Below are positions 32,933 through 41,171 of a DNA stretch of 64,000 nt, one piece after another. The notes below the pieces were generated by a model. It was given only the letters and a program-made list of their open reading frames with translations, made no database searches and was not told the origin of the DNA. The stretch is taken from positions 2,332 through 66,331 of the forward strand of contig JAUJOJ010000001.1 in NCBI GenBank assembly GCA_030447665.1, in the 5' to 3' direction. Position 1 is the stretch's first letter; the number at the start of each line of letters is the position of its first letter. The position numbers and the translations under genes are program-made. The stretch is from Allosphingosinicella sp. (GTDB lineage: Bacteria > Pseudomonadota > Alphaproteobacteria > Sphingomonadales > Sphingomonadaceae).

Positions 32933-32958
32933 AGAACCTTATCGCGGCCATCTTCGTT
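32933..32958 (+). promoter_or_regulatory. Putative sigma-EcfG promoter
   Basis: AGAAC-N17-CGTT about 40 bp upstream of the DUF421 gene. Confidence 0.5.
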
Positions 32959-32999
32959 CAGCCTGAAAATTGGCGGCATGAGCCGAACGGAGGTCACGC

Positions 33000-33500
33000 G
33001 TGGAACTCTACGATCTTTGGGAACGCGCCTTGGGGGTTGGCCTGGAGGCGAAAGACCTCAGCGCTACGCAAATGGCCCTTCGCGCCGCGCTGATCTACGT
33101 GGTGACGCTAGTTTGCATTCGCTTGGCGAAGAAAAGGTTCCTCGCCGGAGCCAGTGCCTTCGACGTCGTGGTCGGGATCATCATCGGCTCGATCGCCAGC
33201 CGGACGATCACGGGAAACGCCCCGTTGCTTCCTTCGACGGCAGCCGCCGCCGCGATCGTCGCCATGCACTGGCTGTTCTCCGGATTGGCCGTGCGGTCGC
33301 ACGGCTTCGGTAAGCTGATCAAGGGCAGCAGCCGTCTGCTGGTCCAGGACGGGCAGGTTGACGAGGAAACCCTCCGCGGCGTCCACATGTCCCAGCGAGA
33401 CCTTGAAGAGGCCCTCCGGCAGCAGGGCGTCAAAGACGTTCAACGGGTGGAGGAGGCCCATCTCGAGCGCGATGGCTCGATCAGCGTCATCGAGAGATAG
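33000..33500 (+). CDS. DUF421 (YetF-like) membrane protein
   Basis: SAFDVVVGIIIGS, LLVQDG, LRQQG, AHLERDGSISV; GGAGG RBS. Confidence 0.85.
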   Translation: MELYDLWERALGVGLEAKDLSATQMALRAALIYVVTLVCIRLAKKRFLAGASAFDVVVGIIIGSIASRTITGNAPLLPSTAAAAAIVAMHWLFSGLAVRSHGFGKLIKGSSRLLVQDGQVDEETLRGVHMSQRDLEEALRQQGVKDVQRVEEAHLERDGSISVIER

Positions 33501-33505
33501 CAGGC

Positions 33506-34027
33506 TCATTCGTCCCGGCTGTACGGCCCTACGTCGCGTAGTGCCGACAATGTAGCCTTCTCGGCGCCCTCGAGGACCGAGAGGCTGCCGTCGGTTTCCA
33601 GCACGATGGCCTCGATCTTCTCTAAATCGGATATGCCCCTAGTCCGCGCGGCGAACAATATTCCGGCCTCGGTCAGGCCTTCCTTCCGGACGCTCTCCTC
33701 CAGCAATTTCCCCTTGTGCAGTAGCAGAACGGGTTCTCCCTTGAGGAGCTTGTGCAGGTGTTGCCCCCGCATTCCGAGCCACGCCACGGCGAGCTGAAGC
33801 GCTAGGAGCAGAAGGATGGCGAGCGCGCCCTCGGCCAAGCTGACGTCCTCCGTGATGAGGATGTTCGCGAGCAGCGATCCAATCGCGACCGAAATCGTGA
33901 CATCGAACGCGTTCAACCGCGAAAGGGCCCGGTGTCCCGTCAGCCGCAGGCCAAGGAGCAAAATAGCATAAGCACCGGTACCCACCAGCACCATCCGGAG
34001 GAGCTGGTCCCAGCCATCAAACAGCAT
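33506..34027 (-). CDS. DUF421 (YetF-like) membrane protein
   Basis: LNAFDVTISVAIGS, GEPVLLLHKG, IVLETDGSLSV; GGAG RBS favours ATG 34027. Confidence 0.85.
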   Translation of the reverse strand: MLFDGWDQLLRMVLVGTGAYAILLLGLRLTGHRALSRLNAFDVTISVAIGSLLANILITEDVSLAEGALAILLLLALQLAVAWLGMRGQHLHKLLKGEPVLLLHKGKLLEESVRKEGLTEAGILFAARTRGISDLEKIEAIVLETDGSLSVLEGAEKATLSALRDVGPYSRDE

Positions 34028-34050
34028 GTTGAACTCCATTTCAGAAGGTC

Positions 34051-34075
34051 AACTCGCGGCCGCCCGCCCGGTTCA
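34051..34075 (-). promoter_or_regulatory. Possible sigma-EcfG promoter
   Basis: Minus strand TGAAC-N17-GTT upstream of the second DUF421 gene. Confidence 0.4.
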
Positions 34076-34214
34076 GGTCGCTGTTCCTCTTTTTTCAGCG
34101 GGTTGGAAGCTGCGATGGCGCCCTGCTTTGCAGCCAGGGCAGAAGCGTGGGGGCGCCTGTATGGGTTGCCCGAGCTGTCCACAGACTGGCCGGGCTGCTA
34201 TGCGCGTGCGTGCG

Positions 34215-34640
34215 ATGAGCGGCGGCGACAATCTGAGCGGCCTGTGGATGGGAAGCTTCTCATATCCCGGCGGGTTGGGACCCACGACGCCCTTTCTCGC
34301 CTCCCTCACCGACAATGGCGGGAGCCTCAGCGGCACCATCGTCGAGCCCAACAGGATGGGCCGTTCGAGCGACCAGCTCGGGGCCGTGATTTCGGGCAGC
34401 AGGGCGGGCGCCGCGGTGGACTTCACCAAAATGTACGACGGCGAGAGCGATGCCGCGCATGCCGTCGACTATGTCGGGCGACTGTCGGCGGACGGTAATT
34501 CGATCAGCGGCGTCTGGAGCCTGCAGGATCTGGACGGCACGTTCGAGATGCACCGCGAGGCGGTCTGGGAGGAGCGAGGAGGGGCAGGAGGCGGAAGTGG
34601 GAAGCTGGGGGAATTATCTCTCCGAACGGGAGGGGCTTAG
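34215..34640 (+). CDS. Conserved-looking beta-rich hypothetical protein
   Basis: LSGLWMGSFSYP...FTKMYDG..VDYVGRL..ISGVW; the 3' end may be frameshifted. Confidence 0.65.
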   Translation: MSGGDNLSGLWMGSFSYPGGLGPTTPFLASLTDNGGSLSGTIVEPNRMGRSSDQLGAVISGSRAGAAVDFTKMYDGESDAAHAVDYVGRLSADGNSISGVWSLQDLDGTFEMHREAVWEERGGAGGGSGKLGELSLRTGGA

Positions 34641-34769
34641 AGCCGGACCGTTTGAGGAAGCGCTTCGCGCTTGGTGAGGGTTCCCATCGAAATGACAGCG
34701 GATCCAAAGCGGCTTCCGGGGGAAGCCGCGCCGCTGTCAGTACGTCGATGGGGTCCCAATCTGGCTCTA
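34638..34769. repeat. MITE-like long palindrome
   Basis: Ends TAGAGCCGGA/TCTGGCTCTA; nested stems CCCATCGA/TCGATGGG, TGACAGCGG/CCGCTGTCA and GCGGCTTCC/GGAAGCCGC. Confidence 0.65.
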
Positions 34770-34780
34770 TTCAGATGGCT

Positions 34781-34834
34781 CTAGACCAAGATCCACGCTT
34801 CAGGTTGATTCAACCTGAAGCGACCTTGGTCTAG
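34781..34834. repeat. CIR-like palindrome centred on GATTC
   Basis: CTAGACCAAG..CGCTTCAGGTTGA T TCAACCTGAAGCG..CTTGGTCTAG. Confidence 0.7.
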
Positions 34835-34913
34835 CAGACGGTCCGCTCTTCGGTGCAGCCCATGAGGGGTACCAGCGCAAGCAGCGTGAGGGTGGCGAGC
34901 TTTGACCGGAACG

Positions 34914-34944
34914 AAAAAGCCCCAGCCATCACGACTGGGGCTTT
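34914..34944 (-). terminator. Rho-independent terminator
   Basis: AAAGCCCCAG-N9-CTGGGGCTTTTT on the minus strand. Confidence 0.8.
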
Positions 34945-34988
34945 CGTGGTGATCAGCGGGGGAAGGAACTGATCTCCAGGTGGGCCGG
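34914..34988 (-). ncRNA. Candidate EcfG-dependent sRNA with C-rich loop (GsrN-like)
   Basis: Directly downstream of GGAAC-N16-CGTT; stem GAUCAG/CUGAUC with loop UUCCUUCCCCCG; intrinsic terminator; no convincing ORF. Confidence 0.6.
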
Positions 34989-34993
34989 GACAG

Positions 34994-35018
34994 AACGACC
35001 TCTTCTTCAATCTGTTCC
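34994..35018 (-). promoter_or_regulatory. Consensus sigma-EcfG promoter
   Basis: GGAAC-AGATTGAAGAAGAGGT-CGTT (exact N16 spacing). Confidence 0.7.
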
Positions 35019-35276
35019 AAGAAAACGAAGCGCCCCCGAGATGTCCGGGAGCGCCTCGCCGACGGTCTGCCAAACGGCGACTATCTGCCCCGGGTCGTAA
35101 ACAGCAGAACCTGATCTATGTTTCCGCCGCAGAGCAGCCAAATACCACCAAAAGGAGGTATTCATCGCCTTTACAGAACGATCCGACGCTACGCCCCCGT
35201 AACGTCAGCAGCGATCGATTCCTGGCGCCGTTCGGCACTCATGGAAAAGGCTAAATACCTTGAGAGAGGAAGCAAA

Positions 35277-35456
35277 ATGCAGCGCAGCACTGTAGCGATC
35301 GGGCTGCTGGCGCCTCGTGATCTCGACATTCTCGCAACGGGCTTAGGCAGGATCTACCCACCCGCGGATTGTGCATGCTTCGAAAATCTGCTGGCCGCGA
35401 TCGATGAGGCAGATACTCGGCGGTGGATGTCCGAACCTGCAGGGCTGCTTCACTGA
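35277..35456 (+). CDS. Small hypothetical protein (59 aa) with weak NepR-like C-terminal helix
   Basis: GAGAGGA RBS; VAIGLL..RDLDIL...CFENLLAAIDEAD. Confidence 0.55.
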   Translation: MQRSTVAIGLLAPRDLDILATGLGRIYPPADCACFENLLAAIDEADTRRWMSEPAGLLH

Positions 35457-35651
35457 TCTGTTGGGCTGCGGCCGCATCAATCACGCCTCCATCCTGAATG
35501 GGAACGCTGCGTGCTCTGCGCAGCTAGAGCGCCAGGGCTAACATCAGATCTACATCCCGGCTGCGGTAGCAAAGCAGTCCTTCGACTTTCGGCCTGATAA
35601 CCGATGTCGGCCCCCGCTTCCCTCCGACCATCGCAAATGACGCCGAGTTAA

Positions 35652-35676
35652 GGAACAGCGCGCGTCAAGCTCTGTT
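35652..35676 (+). promoter_or_regulatory. Putative sigma-EcfG promoter
   Basis: GGAAC-N16-TGTT upstream of the SRPBCC gene. Confidence 0.55.
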
Positions 35677-35750
35677 GACGATGCATTCCTCTGCGGCGCG
35701 GAGCACGTGATGCTGCTCGGCCGCGAGGTCTTCAACCAAAAGGAGAAGGT

Positions 35751-36536
35751 ATGTCCCAGGACACTATGTCATTGCCGCAAGCTGCAGGAGCAACAACCGG
35801 ACCATCAGCTGCGGACAGGGATGTCGCCGCCTCGGACCGAACGCAAGGCCGGCCCACCGCCCTGTCGGGGAGCTCCCAAAATGCACAACCCTCATCCGGG
35901 ACAGGTTCCTTTCAGCAAGACGAGCATGAGACCGGCTATCGTCCCTCGGGCCGCGCCGTCTTGGTTGCCGAGCGTCCCGCTTCGACGCCTAAGACGTCCG
36001 TCGTCATCGGCGCCGCTTTGGCGGGTGCCATAGCAGGCGGAGCTATTCCCTTCATGCTGTCGGCCCGCTCCTCGAGATCCCAAGGTCACCGTGAGACCGC
36101 CCTGGTGAAGGAGTCCGTGACCATCAACCGCCCAGCGCGGGAGTTGTATGATTTCTGGCGCGACTTCACCAACCTTCCGCAATTCATGGATAACATCAAG
36201 TCCGTTCATAAGCTGGGAGACAGGCGCTCGCACTGGGTCATCAAAGCTCCGGCTGGAACAAGCGTGGAGTTCGACAGCCGGGTTGTCGACGACGTGCCGG
36301 GCAAGTTGATCGCGTGGGAATCCGAAGAAGGCGCAAGCGTACCCAATCGCGGCCGTGTCGAATTCACCCAGACCTCGTCAGGTGCGACATTGGTTCGTGC
36401 GACAATCAGCTATGATCCTCCGGCCGGCGCCGCAGGACAGCTGATCGCAAAGATCTTCCAGCGCGAACCCGCCATACAAGCCAGGCAGGATCTCGCCCGG
36501 TTCAAGGAAATCATGGAAAGCGGCCGAACCCGGTAA
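35751..36536 (+). CDS. SRPBCC/polyketide cyclase-dehydrase family protein with disordered N-terminus
   Basis: AAGGAG RBS; SVTINRP..LYDFWRDFTNLPQFM, SHW, IAWES, DLARFKEIME. Confidence 0.88.
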   Translation: MSQDTMSLPQAAGATTGPSAADRDVAASDRTQGRPTALSGSSQNAQPSSGTGSFQQDEHETGYRPSGRAVLVAERPASTPKTSVVIGAALAGAIAGGAIPFMLSARSSRSQGHRETALVKESVTINRPARELYDFWRDFTNLPQFMDNIKSVHKLGDRRSHWVIKAPAGTSVEFDSRVVDDVPGKLIAWESEEGASVPNRGRVEFTQTSSGATLVRATISYDPPAGAAGQLIAKIFQREPAIQARQDLARFKEIMESGRTR

Positions 36537-36740
36537 AACGGCAGTCACACGCCCGGGGCAAATGGAGGCGCCGGGCGTGTTCTCCGGTCTCAGCGTTTCC
36601 GCCTGCCACGCGATCCTCGAATGCAGAACGTCAAACAGCTCGATTGGTCGGTGTGGTGGCGGGTCGGCACGCCGCGTACCTCATTGATGTGCGGCGGTGG
36701 CCGCTTCGCGCGGACGGCGCCGCCGCAGAGCGTCGGCGAC

Positions 36741-37400
36741 TCAGCCAACGCTGCTCAACGCCTGCACCACGAACTCGCCGCCGAGCCGCAGCCCCACCGG
36801 ATCAACGCTGTGACCCAAGCCTGGCGAAACATGTGCCGTCACATTCACGCCAAGTCGCTTAAGCTCGCTCTTGGCCGCGTGCAGCGCCGCCACGGGCACT
36901 ATCGGATCGGCCGATCCATGGATCAGCAGGACCGGCGGCTTGCTTGCAAGATCATGAGACAGCTCGGCGGCACCAGTCAGCATGCCCGAATATCCGACAA
37001 TACCGGCCACCTGCCGTGACCGCCGCAGGCCCACGTGAAGCGCCATCATCGTGCCCTGGCTGAACCCGACGATCGCCAGCTGCGCTTCCGTAAGACCGTA
37101 CTCGGACAGCTTCCTGTCGATGAAGGCATTGAGCACGGGCGCTGCGCTTTCGGCGCCGGCTGCCAGCGCCTGCGGCGTGAACGCATTCAGTCCCCACCAT
37201 TGGTAGCCGCCGCCCATGCCAAGGATCTGGGGCGCGTTAGGCGCAAGGAACAAAGCGTCCGGCAGGCTCTGCCTCCAATGCGGCGCGAGGGAGATAAGGT
37301 CTGCCCCGTTAGAGCCGTAGCCATGTAGGAGAAGGACGATCTGGCGGGGTGGTATGCCGGAGAGCGGTTTAAGGCTGGAGCCGTTTACAATTTTGGACAC
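36741..37400 (-). CDS. Phospholipase/carboxylesterase (alpha/beta hydrolase)
   Basis: LLHGYGSNG, GFSQG, HGSADPIV, GLGH. Confidence 0.9.
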   Translation of the reverse strand: MSKIVNGSSLKPLSGIPPRQIVLLLHGYGSNGADLISLAPHWRQSLPDALFLAPNAPQILGMGGGYQWWGLNAFTPQALAAGAESAAPVLNAFIDRKLSEYGLTEAQLAIVGFSQGTMMALHVGLRRSRQVAGIVGYSGMLTGAAELSHDLASKPPVLLIHGSADPIVPVAALHAAKSELKRLGVNVTAHVSPGLGHSVDPVGLRLGGEFVVQALSSVG

Positions 37401-37457
37401 GGTCGAACTCTTTCGCTGAGGGGGGCGGCAGAATGGGCCACATGCCGCGCCGCAGGA

Positions 37458-38477
37458 TCATCCGGCGCGTGCGTCCGCGAAGGAAACCAGCCTTCGCTTT
37501 TGCTCGTCCCAGAGCACCAGGCGCACCGCACCAAAGCTTTCCCGAAGCGTCACCCGGCTGATCCTGGCGAGGACGGGAACCTCCCGCATTACTTCCGGCA
37601 GCCGGTAGAAAGGTATCCGGCTAGCGAGATGGTGCACGTGGTGGACGCCGATATTAGCGCTGAACCAGCGAAGTATCAGTGGCAGATCGTAGTGCGAGCT
37701 GCCGTGCAGTGCCGCTGCGTGGAAGGACCAGTCCTCGCCGCGATCCCAGTGTGTCTGCTCGAATTGATGCTGCACATAGAAAAACCATACGCCCAGCGAC
37801 GCTGCGATCAATGTGATCGGCAGGTGCACCAGAAGAAAGAGCTTGAATCCGATCGCCCAAATCATAACGCCTGCGACGGCGACTATGCTGGCGTTTGTTC
37901 CCAGGGCGCTGAGCCATGGCCGCCACCCTTTTCTCATCATGCCGATGGGAAGACGGTGCCGAAGCAGGAACAGATAGGCCGGTCCGAAGCCGAATAGCAC
38001 GACCGGGTGACGGTAAAGCCGATAAAGGCAGCGGCGCGTGCGGCTCAGTGCTCGGAATTCCGCCACCGTCAGCGTGTCGACATCGCCTACTCCGCGCGCA
38101 TCGAGATTGCCGGTGCTCGCGTGGTGGATGGCATGGGACCGGCGCCAATAATCGTAGGGCGTGAAGGTCAGGACGCCCAGGACACGACCGACCGCATCGT
38201 TGATGGCCTGGTGCCGGAAGAATGCGCCGTGTCCGCAATCGTGCTGGATCAGGAAGAGCCTGAGCAGGAAAGCGCCGGCAGGCACCGTAAGCAAGAAGCC
38301 GAGCATATGGCCTGCATCCAGCGCAGCCCAGGTCAGCAGCCACAGGAGCGCGAAGGGTGCTGCGGTGATAGCGAGTTCAAAGAGGCTTCGAGCCTGCAGC
38401 GGCTGCCGGAACGGGGCAATCTCCTTTGACAGGGCACGAGGGTCGATTCCGGATTGGCGGGCAGGGGGTACGTGCAA
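37458..38477 (-). CDS. Membrane fatty acid desaturase (start uncertain)
   Basis: His boxes HDCGH, HAIHH and HHVHH; VQHQFE. Confidence 0.88.
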   Translation of the reverse strand: MHVPPARQSGIDPRALSKEIAPFRQPLQARSLFELAITAAPFALLWLLTWAALDAGHMLGFLLTVPAGAFLLRLFLIQHDCGHGAFFRHQAINDAVGRVLGVLTFTPYDYWRRSHAIHHASTGNLDARGVGDVDTLTVAEFRALSRTRRCLYRLYRHPVVLFGFGPAYLFLLRHRLPIGMMRKGWRPWLSALGTNASIVAVAGVMIWAIGFKLFLLVHLPITLIAASLGVWFFYVQHQFEQTHWDRGEDWSFHAAALHGSSHYDLPLILRWFSANIGVHHVHHLASRIPFYRLPEVMREVPVLARISRVTLRESFGAVRLVLWDEQKRRLVSFADARAG

Positions 38478-38929
38478 GGGGAGGCTTTCAAGTCGTGGTT
38501 CAGAGCCGGAGAACGTTGCAGCAGAGCAGAGGCTGCACGGAATTCGCCGTCGGAGCTGTCTGGGGCAGACAGCATGGATCTTGAACCGAAGCTTGCCGCC
38601 GCCCACCCGGCCTCGCACTCCAGACCGTCGAACCTCATCGACAAGGAGGCTCCTGTCCCCAAAATCCTCAGTGAGCTCCAGACAAAGTTCCCGCCCTGCC
38701 TAAGGTGACGGTATCCCCGCTTCTCCCGGTGAAGTCGATTTCAAACCTATCATCGAGGAGTCTGCCAACCTTGAGCGTCCGCACAGAGTGGGCCGACGTT
38801 CTGGCTGCACGCTTGGCCGCGGGCAACGGCTCCAGCAGGTTTAAATGCTCACTCGTCGACACATGATAGGTTCGGTACGCCGCGCCCCTTCTGCTGAGAT
38901 GCCCCCGCGTCTAATTTAAGTTTGGATTG

Positions 38930-39301
38930 ATGCACGCCTTTATCATCGAAGACGATTATCTCATCGCCCATGCCATCCAAGACATGCTGGGCGACCTCGG
39001 GTTCACCCGCTTCAGCTTCGCTACTTCGGAGGCAGCCGCGATCGCCGGGGCGGCTGGTGGAGAGAAGTTCGATCTGATCACCGCTGACGCTCGCCTGCTT
39101 CCAGGGAACGGCGTCAAGGCCGTAGACGTCATATGCGAACACCGGAAAATCCCTGTTGTCTTCATCACGGGCTACCCGGAGGAGCTGAAAAGGGGACCTA
39201 AAGTCCGGCTTTCAGACGCGCCGGTCGTAAGTAAGCCGATCAGGCAGCATGAACTTGTCGCGGCGGTGCGACAGATTCTCGCCAACCCGACCGCAGCCTG
39301 A
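38930..39301 (+). CDS. Single-domain response regulator (FITGY type)
   Basis: IIEDD, ITAD phospho-Asp, PVVFITGY, KP. Confidence 0.85.
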   Translation: MHAFIIEDDYLIAHAIQDMLGDLGFTRFSFATSEAAAIAGAAGGEKFDLITADARLLPGNGVKAVDVICEHRKIPVVFITGYPEELKRGPKVRLSDAPVVSKPIRQHELVAAVRQILANPTAA

Positions 39302-39763
39302 CACACCCTGGTGCACCTCCAACAAAAATGTTCGCGATGGGGCGCTACAGGTCGTCGAGACCAGCTTGCCCGAATGCCGCTTCAGCGCCCAGTGACCGGG
39401 ACCGGTAGGTCCCAATCCGCCAGGAGCTGACAATTGCGGGTCGGCGTCGGCTACGCGCCAATCCTGCTCGTTCCCTTCCCACGCTGAGTTTCCGCAAAGC
39501 AGACAGTCTGCTCAAGCGCCTGCTGCTGTTGAGCTTGGTGGCTACTATTTTCTTCCACACCGTCCGCTGCCCACAATGCCGTTGTTCAGCCGGCCATTAT
39601 GGTCGGAGGCGTCGTGGTCGCCCCTACCAGTTGGTCTACGGAGTGGTCAGCGGCGGGTCGGTTCCGGTTCACTTCGTGGAAGAAGATCAAGATCTCGACA
39701 GGGCTGTCAGCTGTATTGTATGTACCACTCACTTGGTCTTGAGGACTGAGCGGAGGAGAAGCA

Positions 39764-40845
39764 ATGTTGCGTGCCATGGCCATAGGTCTGCTGATAGCGT
39801 CTTCCGCTTGCGGCACGGCCGCCGCGCAGACCTATCGCCGGGATTCGACCCCAGCGAGCTCAAGGGCCCGCGGGTCGGATCGCCCAACGCGGTCATGGTC
39901 CTCGGTACGCCCCATCTCTCAGGCTTGCCGCAAAGCTTCGCTCCGGCCAACCTTGAGGTGCTGCTCAAGCGGATACAAGCCTGGCAGCCCCAGGCGATTG
40001 CGATCGAGGCTCTGTCAGGACCGCAATGTGACTTCATGCGGCGCCATCCGGCCCGGTATGACAGCACATCGGTAGATCGCTATTGCTGGGATCCCGCTCC
40101 AGCGCGTGCGGCGACTGGGCTCGATGTCCCCGCGGCGGCCGCCGAGGCCGAGCGTCTGTTGGCAAGCTGGCCCGCCCAGCCGACGCCGAACCAGCGCCGG
40201 CGGCTCTCGGCTGTATTTCTAGCCGCCGGGGATCAAGCCTCTGGCCTGGTGCAGTGGTTGCGCCTGCCTTCGTCGGAGCGGCGCCCCGGCGATGGGCTCG
40301 ATGAGGTCTTGGTGGCGCGGCTCGAGGCGCTTCGCGGGCGGCGCAACGAGAACATGCTCATCGCAGCGCCGTTGGCGGCACGGCTCGGGCACGATCGCGT
40401 CTATCCCATGGACGACCAGACCGCCGGTCGGCCGGTTGCCGACATAAAGGCCTACGGCGGGGCGATCACGCGTGCCTGGGATAATCCGGCGACCGCCAAG
40501 CGTAAGGCCATGGACGAGAGGCTGGCAGCTCGGCTTGGCACGGACGAGGGCGTTCTCGCTATGTATCGCGCCCATAACGCGCCCGCCTTGGGGAGGCTGG
40601 TGTTCGACAGCGATTTCGGGGCCGCACTGGAAGAGCCTTCGCCGCAAAAATTCGGGCGCGGCTATCTCGGCTATTGGGAAACCCGCAACCTGCGCATGGC
40701 GGCGAACATCCGCGACATGCTGACGGCGCGGCCTGGCATCCGCGCGCTAGTGATCGTGGGCGCGTCCCATAAGGGGTATCTGGAAGCCTATCTTGACCAG
40801 ATGCACGATGTGCATCTTGTCAATACCGACGAGGTGCTGCGCTGA
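39764..40845 (+). CDS. Secreted DUF5694-like protein (1-bp indel at ~39838)
   Basis: GGAGGAG RBS, signal peptide ..TAAAQ, VMVLGTPHL, WETRNLRMAANI, IVGASHK. Confidence 0.7.
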
Positions 40846-41137
40846 TCAGGACCTCTACGGCCTCCCTTTCAGCCGCAAGAGCTCCCTCGCGTAATCCTAC
40901 CGAAGCGGCGCCCCCTTCGCTCCCGCCGAGATCGGGCCGGTCGGGCGCATGCAGGTTTGCAGTGGGCACAGCTGCAGATAGTCTGAACCCATAAGCAGCT
41001 GATCACTGCCCGACCGTCTGCATCCTATCGTTCAACAGACTCTCCTTTACTCGCAGAAAGTGGTGGCTGGCTTTGCTGGGCGAGGCCGTAAAGCGGACGG
41101 TCCGGACACGGCCATCTCCGGCCATTGCTTGGGCTGG

Positions 41138-41162
41138 GGAACGTATCGCCGGGACTCCGGTT
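41138..41162 (+). promoter_or_regulatory. Putative sigma-EcfG promoter
   Basis: GGAAC-N17-GTT just upstream of the DUF3616 start. Confidence 0.5.
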
Positions 41163-41171
41163 CGGATGGAG

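Noticed and set aside
38668-38862. 64-aa minus-strand ORF
   Set aside because: No RBS or motif support.
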